A stretch of 64,000 nt of DNA from Rheinheimera sp. (GTDB taxonomy: Bacteria; Pseudomonadota; Gammaproteobacteria; Enterobacterales; Alteromonadaceae), in assembly GCF_037442525.1 (NCBI RefSeq), contig NZ_JBBIQD010000003.1:278482-342481 (forward strand), read 5' to 3'. The position numbers and the translations under genes were made by a program. Numbering within the stretch: position 1 is the stretch's first letter; each line of letters opens with the position of its first letter. Positions 19,306 to 28,876 of this stretch are shown here, in pieces. The notes below the pieces were generated by a model. The model saw nothing but the letters and a program-made list of their open reading frames with translations. It was not told where the DNA came from and ran no database searches.

Positions 19306-21441
19306 TTAGAATGCGTAGGTCACACCCAGGCTGGCATTGCGTGGTGAACCATAACCATACTGTTCAAAGAAGCCAATCTGGCTGTAGTACTTCTCATCAA
19401 ACAGGTTGTCGATGTTCAGCTGCACAGACAGCTGCTCCGACAGGGCATAACGCGCCATCAGGCTGACCAGGCTGTAAGAGTCCTGTACCAGCTGGAATGC
19501 CCCAGTGCCGTTGTACTGTTTGTCTTCCCAGTTGACACCGCCCCCCACAACCAGGCCCTCGACCAGACCGGCAAAGTTATAGGTTGTAAAGACGTTCAGC
19601 TTTTTGCGCGGATGGTCGGTGTTTACCTCGGTGCCAGCCGCATCTTTGGCTTCGTATTGCGAATAACCAGCCGAAATATTCCATTGAGCTGTCAGGTTAC
19701 CAATCACTTCCAGCTCAAAGCCTTCGCTTTCCACGCCCTTAGCAGCCACATAAATCATTTCCAGCGGGTTATCCGGGAAAGGCACACCTGTGCTTTGTGC
19801 CAGATTGTCCTGTTCAATTTTAAAAATGGCGACTGAGGTTTGCAGTGCGCCGTCCATAAAGGAGCTCTTCAGGCCCAGCTCTGCGTTGGTACCTTCCACC
19901 GGGTCCAGCGTGTTTTTGTTCACGTCACGCGCCTGCTGCGGCTTGAAAATCTCGGTCTGGCTGACATAGAGGTTGTGCTCTGGTGTCAGCTGATACATCA
20001 GGCCGACATAAGGCACAAAAACACCACTGTCGCCGTAGTTTTCCGCTGTTGGGTTCCAGTTAAAACCCACCCGCTCCCATTTGGACACCCGGGCACCGGC
20101 AATCAGTTTTAAGTCGTCAGTGATCAGGAAGCGGGTAGCCGCATAATAACCATCCTGCTGGGTTTCCAGATCCACCTGAGCGGCACCTGTGGCAGAAAAC
20201 TCTGGCTGTGGGTAGGTGGCGCCTGTCCAGTCAAAGAAATTGCCCACCGGAATAAAAGCCGAGGTTTGAGCGAAAGTTTCAGTGTACGCATCCTGCTCGC
20301 TGGTCAACGCACCCACCACAAATTCGTGAGTGCGGCCAAACAATGAATAATCGCCTTTTAACTGAATATCCCAGCTGCTTTGTTTGCTGTACCCCGAGCT
20401 TTTGTACGGCCATGGGCTTAAACCCAGACCCGTGGTTTTATCCAGCGTGCCGTATACATAAAGCAATTGAGTGTCGGCGGTATTTTTCAGGTGGTTGTAA
20501 CTGATTTTGCCTTGCCAGCCATTGCTGAAGTTATGCACCAGGTTGGCGAAGGTATTGGTGTTGCTCGACTGCCAGTAGGTCCAGTCGGCCGATGTGGTGA
20601 CTGAGGTATCCCAGTCTGTTGGCGTGCCGTCACTGAACCAGGCTGGCAAACCGCCCCAGGTAGAGCCTGCAGGGTCATTGTCCTGGTAGCTGGTACCAAA
20701 ACTCAGCGAGGTCTGATCGGTCAGATCCGCGTCGACAATGCCATACAGCACTGTTTTGTCGTCTTCGACTATCTCCATAAAGGTATCGCCGACTTCTTTT
20801 TTCGCGACAAAGCGGAAACGCAAGTCACCATTGCTGTCCATGGCATTGGCCACATCAGCAGTCACATAACGCTGGTTCCAGCTGCCGATGCCTGCATTGA
20901 CATACCCCTGCAGCTCGGTGGCGTTGGCATGTTTACGCACCAGGTTAATGGACGCGGATGGGTCACCTGCACCAGTTAACAGGCCCGTAGCGCCACGCAC
21001 TACCTCTATCCGTTCATAAATGGACACGTCAGCCACAGTTTCGCCGGAATCGCCCGCCAGTGACCAGGCCAAAGGCACACCGTCAATCTGGTATTTGTCG
21101 ATATCAAAACCGCGTGCGCTGAACACATTACGGGTGGTATCCAGCTGCTTGGCAGACACACCCACTGTTTGGGCAACCACTTCATTAATGCCGCTAAAGC
21201 CCTGATCCATAATACGTTCTGCCGTGATCACAGTGACAGACTGAGGGGTTTCCAGCAGGCTCAGGCCTAAACCTGTTGCCGTATCAATGGTCTCATTGAT
21301 GGTGTATTTGCCCACCACCTCAATGCGTTCAACATCCTTTTCAACATCAGCGTCCTCTGCGGCCACAGTCGCCAGGCTGAACAGTGCCATTTGGGTGGCA
21401 ACAACTAAAGGTAACTTACGGAATTTTACGGTGTTTGACAT
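19306..21441 (-). CDS. TonB-dependent siderophore receptor (FhuE/FpvA-like, no signalling domain)
   Basis: TonB box ERIEVVG; ETPQSVTVIT; YERIEVVRGATGLLTGAGDPSASINLVRK; C-terminal LGVTYAF. Confidence 0.92.
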   Translation of the reverse strand: MSNTVKFRKLPLVVATQMALFSLATVAAEDADVEKDVERIEVVGKYTINETIDTATGLGLSLLETPQSVTVITAERIMDQGFSGINEVVAQTVGVSAKQLDTTRNVFSARGFDIDKYQIDGVPLAWSLAGDSGETVADVSIYERIEVVRGATGLLTGAGDPSASINLVRKHANATELQGYVNAGIGSWNQRYVTADVANAMDSNGDLRFRFVAKKEVGDTFMEIVEDDKTVLYGIVDADLTDQTSLSFGTSYQDNDPAGSTWGGLPAWFSDGTPTDWDTSVTTSADWTYWQSSNTNTFANLVHNFSNGWQGKISYNHLKNTADTQLLYVYGTLDKTTGLGLSPWPYKSSGYSKQSSWDIQLKGDYSLFGRTHEFVVGALTSEQDAYTETFAQTSAFIPVGNFFDWTGATYPQPEFSATGAAQVDLETQQDGYYAATRFLITDDLKLIAGARVSKWERVGFNWNPTAENYGDSGVFVPYVGLMYQLTPEHNLYVSQTEIFKPQQARDVNKNTLDPVEGTNAELGLKSSFMDGALQTSVAIFKIEQDNLAQSTGVPFPDNPLEMIYVAAKGVESEGFELEVIGNLTAQWNISAGYSQYEAKDAAGTEVNTDHPRKKLNVFTTYNFAGLVEGLVVGGGVNWEDKQYNGTGAFQLVQDSYSLVSLMARYALSEQLSVQLNIDNLFDEKYYSQIGFFEQYGYGSPRNASLGVTYAF

Positions 21442-21471
21442 ACAAGATCCTCCAATTGCGGCGGATCATAC

Positions 21472-21490
21472 ACAAATGCAAACCATTATC
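21472..21490. promoter_or_regulatory. Fur box upstream of the siderophore receptor
   Basis: ACAAATGCAAACCATTATC matches 13/19 of GATAATGATAATCATTATC; a second weaker site follows at about 21498-21516. Confidence 0.7.
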
Positions 21491-21603
21491 AAATGCAGAT
21501 GAGATAAATTGTTATTTCTTTACTGCGCATTTTGCCAGGTTAACTTGTATTTAACCAATCCGCCCCCATCACTGTACAACTAGCCTGCCTGAAGGAGAGC
21601 CTG

Positions 21604-22257
21604 ATGCGTCAGCTCCATATTGATTTAGTCTCGGATATCGCCTGTCCCTGGTGTGCCATTGGGTATGCGCGTCTGCTGGAAGCACTGCAGCAACTGCAAG
21701 GAAAAGTGCAGGTGACACTGACCTGGCGCGCCTTTGAACTCAACCCGGACCCGGCGCTGCAACCTGAACCTATTTTGCCGGCCCTGGCCCGCAAATATGG
21801 CCGCAGTGAAGCCGAAATGGAACAATCCCAGCTGCAGCTGATGGACATCGCCAAAGGCCTGGGGCTGAATTTCTCCGGCATGCAGCGGCGTTACACCACC
21901 AACACCTTTAACGCCCACCGTCTGGTGAAATGGGCCGCCGCCTTTGATAAGCAGAGTGCACTGAAACTGGCGTTATTCGACGCCTATTTTGGTCAGGCCG
22001 AAGACGTCAACAACCCGGCTGTGTTGCTGAATGCAGTGCAGGTGGCAGGCCTGAACCCGGCCCAGGCCCAGCAAGTGCTGGACAGTGATGCCTATGCCGA
22101 TGACGTGCGTGCTGAAGAGGCTAAGTATCAAGAGGCCGGAATTCAGTCGGTGCCGGCTTTTATTATTAACCAGCAGTACCTGATCTCCGGCGCCCGTGAA
22201 CCCGAAGTGCTGGCACAGGCGCTGGAACAGATTGCGGCACAGATCACCGAGTCGTGA
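21604..22257 (+). CDS. DsbA-family (FrnE-like) oxidoreductase
   Basis: SDIACPWCAIG CxxC; AFELNP; NTFNAHRL; GIQSVPAFII. Confidence 0.9.
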   Translation: MRQLHIDLVSDIACPWCAIGYARLLEALQQLQGKVQVTLTWRAFELNPDPALQPEPILPALARKYGRSEAEMEQSQLQLMDIAKGLGLNFSGMQRRYTTNTFNAHRLVKWAAAFDKQSALKLALFDAYFGQAEDVNNPAVLLNAVQVAGLNPAQAQQVLDSDAYADDVRAEEAKYQEAGIQSVPAFIINQQYLISGAREPEVLAQALEQIAAQITES

Positions 22258-22264
22258 CACCAGC

Positions 22265-22603
22265 CTAATCGTCGCGGTTTTTCACATCCAAAAGTTCGAT
22301 CTCAAACCTCAGGTTGGCATGCGGCGGGATGCTGCCCACCTGACGTTCGCCATAGGCCAAAGCCGCCGGTACCCAAAGCCGGCGTTTGCCACCTACTTTC
22401 ATGCCCTGCAAGCCCAGCACCCAGCCCTGAATCACCCTGTTGTTGCTCAATACCACTTCAAAAGCTTCACCATGCTGCCAGGACGAATCAAATTCAGTAC
22501 CGTCTTCCAGCCAACCGCGGTAATGGGCGGTGATCAGCGAGCCTCGTTTGGCGGCTTTGCCCTCCCCCAGCTGCAGATCTTCAATTTTAAGTTCAGTTGT
22601 CAT
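22265..22603 (-). CDS. FKBP-type peptidyl-prolyl isomerase
   Basis: HYRGWLEDGTEFDSS, VIQGW, GMKVGGKRRL, LAYG, IPPHANLRFEIEL. Confidence 0.95.
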   Translation of the reverse strand: MTTELKIEDLQLGEGKAAKRGSLITAHYRGWLEDGTEFDSSWQHGEAFEVVLSNNRVIQGWVLGLQGMKVGGKRRLWVPAALAYGERQVGSIPPHANLRFEIELLDVKNRDD

Positions 22604-22608
22604 CAGGC

Positions 22609-23079
22609 TTAACCGGCGTTCAGACTGGTGGCAATACGGTCGCGCAATTGCTGCAGTTCAGTGCGTAGCCGCACCAGTTCATCCAGCCCCATACCGCAGG
22701 CTGAACCAATTTGCTGCAGTACAACAAAGGCCTGTTGCTGCATGGCTTTGCCTGCTTTGGTCAGCTTAATTTCCAGAGCACGCTCGTTATCCGGAATACG
22801 CTGGCGGGTTAACAGGCCCTGCTGCTCCAGCCGTTTTAACACCGGGGTTAAAGCGCCCGACTCCGTGATCAGCCGTTCTGCAATGTCTTTTAAGCCAATA
22901 CCGTCTTTTTCCCACAGGATCAGCATCACCAGGTATTGCGGATAGGTCAGCCCCAGTTTTTCCAATAGAGGCTTGTAGGCTTTGGTCATCATCAGCGACG
23001 CCGAATACAAGGCAAAACACAACTGATTGTCCAGGTGCAGCGCGGCAGGCTGCTCCAGAGGTAAACACTGATCTGACAT
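22609..23079 (-). CDS. MarR-family regulator, OhrR-like
   Basis: LDNQLCFALYSAS with the OhrR reactive Cys; LTYPQYLVMLILWE; second Cys near the C-terminus (SACG). Confidence 0.85.
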   Translation of the reverse strand: MSDQCLPLEQPAALHLDNQLCFALYSASLMMTKAYKPLLEKLGLTYPQYLVMLILWEKDGIGLKDIAERLITESGALTPVLKRLEQQGLLTRQRIPDNERALEIKLTKAGKAMQQQAFVVLQQIGSACGMGLDELVRLRTELQQLRDRIATSLNAG

Positions 23080-23238
23080 GGTCAAAATCCGCTGAATTCA
23101 GGTCTGGCAAGGGTAAAAGATGCCACTGGGGCATGGCAAGTTAAAAAACTGTCTGACCTGCCCGTTACAGAAAAAAGTCAGTTTAGTCGCTTGGGGCATG
23201 TATAGTAGCAACTCCTGCACCACAGCAAGGACAGATGG

Positions 23239-24027
23239 ATGAGAAGGCTCCTGTTTGTGTTCAGCTTTTTTTGTTTCAGCGCAGCCCTGCAGGCTGGAGA
23301 AGCCATTCGGCTGCGTTGGTGCCTGGACCATTTCCCGAATTTTCATGAATTTACGACATCAGGCAGCAAAGCCACTGGCCCTGGTGTCGACTTTATGCAG
23401 GAGCTGGCACGCCGGGCAGGCGTTGACCTGGAAATGAGCACCAAAACACCCAGCAAGCGTTGCCTTAAATTGATGGAAAGTGGCGAAGCCGATCTGATGA
23501 TGAACCTGGTGTTGTCGCCAGCCGGACAAAATTATATGTGGATGTACAGCTATGCCGGACGCTTCCCGGACGCCGCCTGGCAACGTTACAACGACCAACG
23601 CCCAATTCCGTTGTTGGCATCTCTTGCTAACTTCACCCTGGTGACAGTGCGGGGCTATGGCCTGCACCCCAAAGTACGGGCCGTGGTTGATGCCATGCCA
23701 GAGCGGCAAAAAGTGCTGGCCCCTTCAGCTGAACTCGCGCTGCGCATGGTGGAAAAAGGCCGGGTGGACCTCGCGCTGTTGCCCAGTGAGCTGGCCAGGG
23801 CCGCTATCCAGAAACAACCTGAGCTGCACAACCTGCTCAGAAAAAAGCAGCTGCCTGTGGCAGCAGATGACACCCAGACGGTGTATCTGGGGTTTGCGAA
23901 ACACAGCCCACATCCGCAATTACGCGAGCGTATACAAGAAAGCCTGGACAGTCTGTTGCAGGACGGTTCTATGGAGCACTGGTTTGGTGACATGATGGTG
24001 ATCCGCCCCCAATCTGTTGAATACTGA
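23239..24027 (+). CDS. Periplasmic substrate-binding protein, family 3-like
   Basis: Signal peptide; KRCLKLMESGEADL; MVEKGRVDL; YLGFAKHS. Confidence 0.75.
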   Translation: MRRLLFVFSFFCFSAALQAGEAIRLRWCLDHFPNFHEFTTSGSKATGPGVDFMQELARRAGVDLEMSTKTPSKRCLKLMESGEADLMMNLVLSPAGQNYMWMYSYAGRFPDAAWQRYNDQRPIPLLASLANFTLVTVRGYGLHPKVRAVVDAMPERQKVLAPSAELALRMVEKGRVDLALLPSELARAAIQKQPELHNLLRKKQLPVAADDTQTVYLGFAKHSPHPQLRERIQESLDSLLQDGSMEHWFGDMMVIRPQSVEY

Positions 24028-24102
24028 GAAATAATGGCTTGATACCAAAGTCAGGCCTTAGTAAGGTTACATTTTTTCAACATAACGCAGGGAGCGCACA
24101 GC

Positions 24103-24591
24103 ATGAAAATGCTATCGCAGCGGGAGATCCGCTGGCCTTATCAGACGATGACATTCACCAGCATCAAACAGGGATGGCGGGTGCTGAGTGGCACAGGACG
24201 ACTTGTGCTTTGCAGTCTGTCGCTCGTTTATCTGGCGTTTATTATTGGCAGCAGTACCAAGCTGCAAAGTTTATTGATTGCCCTCTGCAACATTCCAGTC
24301 TGTGTTCTCTTTGCACTGCAATACCTGCATAGCCGTGGTCATCCACGCTTAGAAACAACCAGCCTGACTGAAGAACTCCGGCTGGACAACGGACAGATCT
24401 GCATTGGTCAGTTTGTGTTTCCGGCTACAGTGCGCAAACTGGTGATAGGACGACAGGACATCAACGGGCCTGGCTTTTTGCAGCTGGCCTGGAATGGCGG
24501 TGAGCAGTGGTTATTTCCGCTGGAAGAAATCCCGACAGTGCGGCATTTTTTCCGCCAGCATGCTCCGCAGATTGAACTGATTCACGAATAA
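24103..24591 (+). CDS. Hypothetical membrane protein
   Basis: GGGAG RBS; two hydrophobic segments, then a small beta-rich domain. Confidence 0.6.
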   Translation: MKMLSQREIRWPYQTMTFTSIKQGWRVLSGTGRLVLCSLSLVYLAFIIGSSTKLQSLLIALCNIPVCVLFALQYLHSRGHPRLETTSLTEELRLDNGQICIGQFVFPATVRKLVIGRQDINGPGFLQLAWNGGEQWLFPLEEIPTVRHFFRQHAPQIELIHE

Positions 24592-24594
24592 AAC

Positions 24595-24619
24595 GGGTGG
24601 CTGGTGCCACCCATTTTTT
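24595..24619 (+). terminator. Intrinsic terminator
   Basis: GGGTGGC-TGGT-GCCACCC-ATTTTTT. Confidence 0.75.
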
Positions 24620-24636
24620 GTCAGAACTGCAACCGC

Positions 24637-26751
24637 TTAACCTAACCAGCGGCTGAATAATCCGGCCTGCCAGGCCCAACCCGCAAAACAGGCCAGCACC
24701 AGCAAACTCAGGTAGAGACCTGCCTTGCTTTTTTGCTCGTAAGGGTCAGTCAGGGTGCGGCTGGAACCTGCAGGCAACAGCGCCAGCGCCGTCAGTTTAG
24801 TGCCAAAAGGAATACTCAGTTTGGCATTGGTATTCAGTGCCCAGCCATTGGCGTCCAGTAATGGTGCCAGGTTGCGCTCCCGCAGTTTAAACCAGGCCAG
24901 CAGCATGGCCGGGCCAGAAATCACCAGTGCTATGCCCACCAGTGCCAGCGGCATTTGCCACCAGCTCAGACCGAGGAAACTGCTGAACACTGTGGCCAGC
25001 GCTGTGCCCAGGGCGCCCAGGGCCAGACCAATAGCGGCAAAAATACCGGCAAATTTAGCCACATCAAAGGGTGCTGCCGGTTTGGCCGCAGTTTCGGCCA
25101 CCTTGGCAGCGTCGCCGACGCCCGCCGCACTTTTCGTCTCAATTTCTTTGTCTTTGCTGGCAGCGAACTTCTGGATTTGGTCAGAAATCATCCGGCCAAT
25201 CCGACGGTAAGGCGTAAAAAAGGCTTCGCGGATACTGATAGGGTTTTCGACAATACGGCTGACAGTGGCGTCCCAGTCCTGACCTTTGGCGTCGTAATAG
25301 ACCCCGTTGCGCCCGACCATCAGATTACCGGCATCCCCAGCCGTCATCGCCGCTACCATGGATTTTTTCTCAGTGCTGCCCTGGCGGCTGCAGTCCATAT
25401 ACAAAAGGTAAGCACCGGACAAACCGGCCACTTTGGCGTGTTTGGCCGCATCATGCACTTCAATACATAAATCACAGCTGCGACCATCAATATAAAGCCG
25501 GCCATTCTGGAATATGGCAGGCTGTTTTAAGCTGTAGAAATTCTGCAGGTTAACAAAGTTATGCAACAAATCCCGCAGGTAACGCTGGTAGCGGATCAGT
25601 TTATCCACCTCCAGCACCGCCTCCGCTTCTGCCTGACGGGCTAAATCCTGCGCTATTAATGCCGTAGCATCGGCCAGCACGCTGTCATCCAGACAGGCCC
25701 GTAACACCGACATGTCCAGCGCCGCGACCGGGCTTTGCGGCTCAGCCGCTTTCCAGTCCGCATAAGGTTGCAGCCTGTCTTTCAACTGCTGCCATTTGGC
25801 GGCATTTATTTCTTTGGCTGTTTTCCACACCGGCTTGGCCAGCAGAGCCAGACGATCCAGTTTATCTGCCCAATAGGGGTGAATACCGGCCGTTAATGGC
25901 AATACCGCCTCGGCGCTGATACGCGCCAGAGGCAAATGGCTGGCGTCAGCGCTGTCAGCACTTAATAACTGGCGGGATAAGGCCGCGTAATCCGCCAGGG
26001 CCGCATTCAGCGGTTCAGTGGCATTGGCGTCATAAGCGGCCAGCTGACAACGGGTAAAGAAGTCAGCCACTTTGGCATCCAGCGCCTGCACCAGCTGATA
26101 CAACTCGGCAGTGTGTTCTCCTGCCACTGCAGCGACAGTGTCCGCTGCATCCAGCCAGCCGGTATAAGCCCGGCCAGCTTCAACAAACTGCTCAAGCGAG
26201 GCCTGATCCATACCGGCCACACCACTGCGGTCCTGCACTGTCCAGCCACAGCTTTGCACGGCGCCAATCAGCTGGCGCAGGCTGTCTGTGGTTGCCAGTT
26301 CAGCCGTGATGACACCATCGCCGTTGAGCTGATCGGGTGGAAATACGGTCGCCATATCCGCAGTATCCGCCACCGTCAGTGCCGACGCCGCAGTTTTGCC
26401 AAGATTAGTCAGCATACGCTGGGCTGAGGCCAATAATTTCCGCCCTTGCTCCGTGCTGTCGTCAATAGCGCTGAGTGGCAATTCGTCGCCGGACAGTAAT
26501 ACAGCCGGATGCTTTAATACAGACAAAGCCCAACGGACTGCCCCCCGCACTTCATCAATACGCACTTTGCCATCATGGTCGCTGTCCAGATAACTCAGGG
26601 TGCGTTCGTCAAACTCCAGCCCTTTAACCGGGCAGCTCAGCGCCGCCCATAATTTGGGGTCCAGTTCGTGCAAATGCTGCCAGTCTTCAATTTTATCCAG
26701 CCGAACCTGATCAAAACCGCCTGAACGGAAAAAACGCCACTGATGTGCCAT
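24637..26751 (-). CDS. 704-aa uncharacterised protein with an EF-hand loop and C-terminal TM helices
   Basis: Long ORF with GGAG RBS; DSDHDGKVRIDE EF-hand loop; hydrophobic C-terminal segments. Confidence 0.85.
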   Translation of the reverse strand: MAHQWRFFRSGGFDQVRLDKIEDWQHLHELDPKLWAALSCPVKGLEFDERTLSYLDSDHDGKVRIDEVRGAVRWALSVLKHPAVLLSGDELPLSAIDDSTEQGRKLLASAQRMLTNLGKTAASALTVADTADMATVFPPDQLNGDGVITAELATTDSLRQLIGAVQSCGWTVQDRSGVAGMDQASLEQFVEAGRAYTGWLDAADTVAAVAGEHTAELYQLVQALDAKVADFFTRCQLAAYDANATEPLNAALADYAALSRQLLSADSADASHLPLARISAEAVLPLTAGIHPYWADKLDRLALLAKPVWKTAKEINAAKWQQLKDRLQPYADWKAAEPQSPVAALDMSVLRACLDDSVLADATALIAQDLARQAEAEAVLEVDKLIRYQRYLRDLLHNFVNLQNFYSLKQPAIFQNGRLYIDGRSCDLCIEVHDAAKHAKVAGLSGAYLLYMDCSRQGSTEKKSMVAAMTAGDAGNLMVGRNGVYYDAKGQDWDATVSRIVENPISIREAFFTPYRRIGRMISDQIQKFAASKDKEIETKSAAGVGDAAKVAETAAKPAAPFDVAKFAGIFAAIGLALGALGTALATVFSSFLGLSWWQMPLALVGIALVISGPAMLLAWFKLRERNLAPLLDANGWALNTNAKLSIPFGTKLTALALLPAGSSRTLTDPYEQKSKAGLYLSLLVLACFAGWAWQAGLFSRWLG

Positions 26752-26938
26752 ACCCGCATCTCCTTGTCATCAAAACCAGGCCTGAAATGCAGGCTCCGGA
26801 GGGTTTCGCTAAATATTTCATGCTTTTGCAGAGCCAGCAAGCTGAAATCCGGCCAAAGCAACAAGCCGCTGTGCGCCGCACTTGCAGCCAAAGCAATTGC
26901 GCGGCAGACTGAAAGCAACCATTCTGCGGGGAACTCCA

Positions 26939-27556
26939 ATGACAATAACAATCCCGTTTTGCTACAGCCTGCTCGCCTTTGCTTATATCTGGTTATCCCG
27001 CTCCGGAGAGTTCCCGCTCAGCTTTCTGCTGAAAATACTTCCGCTTTTACTGCTCTGCGGCTGGCTGATTAAAAGCCGTGTGACACAACCCTGGCTGTTG
27101 GCTGCTTTAGGTTTTTCCATGCTGGGAGATGTAGTGCTGGCCTGGGACGGCGAGCGTCTTTTTGTCGTGGGCCTGGCGGCCTTTTTACTGGGCCATCTGA
27201 GTTACCTGATGAACCTGCGACCCTTTAGCCGGTTTTACCCGCTGCTGTTGCTGCCCTATGCAGGTTTTGCCGCACTGGTCGTAAGCCTGATGTGGCCACA
27301 ACTTGGCGCTATGGCGGTGCCGGTCTGCATTTATATGGTGGTGATCCTTTGCATGTCGTTCGGCACCTGGTGTTCAGGCCGCGCCACCCCCTGGCTGATT
27401 GCAGGTGGCCTGCTGTTTATTATCTCCGACAGCCTGATTGGTCTGAACAAGTTTTATCAGCCCATTCCTTACGCGGGCAGCTGGATTATGCTCACCTACT
27501 ACGCAGCTCAGTTTGCCCTGGTGAAAGGCTTTTTAAGCAGCCCCACACGACCCTAA
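26939..27556 (+). CDS. YhhN/TMEM86-family lysoplasmalogenase-like membrane protein
   Basis: LKILP, ALGFSMLGDVVL, AFLLGHLSY, LLFIISDSLIG, IMLTYYAAQF. Confidence 0.9.
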   Translation: MTITIPFCYSLLAFAYIWLSRSGEFPLSFLLKILPLLLLCGWLIKSRVTQPWLLAALGFSMLGDVVLAWDGERLFVVGLAAFLLGHLSYLMNLRPFSRFYPLLLLPYAGFAALVVSLMWPQLGAMAVPVCIYMVVILCMSFGTWCSGRATPWLIAGGLLFIISDSLIGLNKFYQPIPYAGSWIMLTYYAAQFALVKGFLSSPTRP

Positions 27557-27777
27557 GCTGTACAGCCATCCCCTCCAGCACGGTGGCGCGACGCCGGCCT
27601 GGACAGCGATACCCCAACAGAGGCAACGAACAGCAACAGCGCCCCCTTCAGGGGCCCTGTGCCGAATACCTGTCCACTCTTTCACCTCAGGATCCGCACT
27701 GAAGTTTGCTCTGGATCAGCATTTGTCATCGGCGACAGGCGCACAATGCCACCAGTTTGAGAAATCAGGAGAACCGC

Positions 27778-28836
27778 ATGCACAAGGTTTATTTGCCGCA
27801 AAACGCCCGTTCCAGCCAATACCTGCTGGCCGAACTGCCACTGTGCAACGAACTGCTCAGTCATTACCCCGACCTGATCAGCTGCTACCAGGCGCTGAGC
27901 CAGAGTTTCTTTCAGCACTGCCAGCAGCAAGGCCTGCACCACTGCTACTTTATCGCCAATGACAAAGTGCCGGTGGTGCGTTACCTGCCTGAAGCACTGA
28001 CAGTGCAGACCCAGGACCAGATGCTGTTTTTCTACAACCCGGCCTATCATGAAGGCCAACAAGCCTACTTTGACAGCCAGTACAGAGCGCGGAAAATCAG
28101 CTTGTTGTTGCTCAGTGCGGGTGACGAAATCCGCACCCATGCCGCCACTTTTCACAGTGCAGTGCGTCAGGCGTTGCTCGGCTTCCGGGAAAGCCTGCCC
28201 AGCCTGAATGTCGGCCTGAAACTGCGGGATCACCAGCATATAGGCTACGACCTGTTTGCCCGGCAAAAAGGCCAAGACCAAAGCTACGGTTACAAAATGC
28301 GCGCCGTACCCAAACGATATGAAAGCCGCAACTGCCTGCTGCCGGCACAGTATCACCAAATGAACTACGCCGTGATCAGCCTGCCCTTTAACCGGCAACT
28401 GCGCCAGGCACTGACCCTGGAACATGACACACTGGCCAGCAGCAGTGTGCTGGTACCTGCGCTGGAACAGCTGTTTTTTCAGCAGGTCACAGCCCAACAT
28501 CTGAAGCTGGCCGCCCTGGTGGCCGACGGCCGTACCCCATTGGTGCGCAACTTTCAGTCCGACAAAGAACACGTCAGCAAAGAACTGCGGCTGCTTAGCT
28601 TTGACACCAGCAACACAGACACCATGCTGCAGTGCTACTGGCAACCCGAACTCTGCCCGGACACAGTGCATTTATTGCTGGTGGCCGATGACAGCCAGCT
28701 CACGGAAGGAGGTTATGCCCGTTTTCTGCAGCGGGTTGAGGAATGCATGAAACAGCTGACACGCAAGCTGATGCTGAATACTGAAAAGCAGGATGTGCAC
28801 ATCCGCTTCCATCAGCATATCAGTTACTGGCTGTAG
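27778..28836 (+). CDS. DUF3083-like protein
   Basis: HKVYLPQNARSSQYLLAE and the repeated KLRDHQH / IRFHQH pattern that I associate with DUF3083; AGGAG RBS. Confidence 0.65.
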   Translation: MHKVYLPQNARSSQYLLAELPLCNELLSHYPDLISCYQALSQSFFQHCQQQGLHHCYFIANDKVPVVRYLPEALTVQTQDQMLFFYNPAYHEGQQAYFDSQYRARKISLLLLSAGDEIRTHAATFHSAVRQALLGFRESLPSLNVGLKLRDHQHIGYDLFARQKGQDQSYGYKMRAVPKRYESRNCLLPAQYHQMNYAVISLPFNRQLRQALTLEHDTLASSSVLVPALEQLFFQQVTAQHLKLAALVADGRTPLVRNFQSDKEHVSKELRLLSFDTSNTDTMLQCYWQPELCPDTVHLLLVADDSQLTEGGYARFLQRVEECMKQLTRKLMLNTEKQDVHIRFHQHISYWL

Positions 28837-28845
28837 TTGACGAAA

Positions 28846-28867
28846 GGGCCAGCGCTAACGCTGGCCC
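28846..28867. terminator. GC-rich hairpin between convergent genes
   Basis: GGGCCAGCG-CTAA-CGCTGGCCC. Confidence 0.55.
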
Positions 28868-28876
28868 GGTGCGGTG

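Noticed and set aside
27682-28671. 329-aa minus-strand ORF, and similar long antisense ORFs (5813-6610, 10503-11162, 14049-14744, 45785-46333)
   Set aside because: They lie opposite well-supported genes, have no recognisable motifs, and look like shadow ORFs of GC-biased codon usage.
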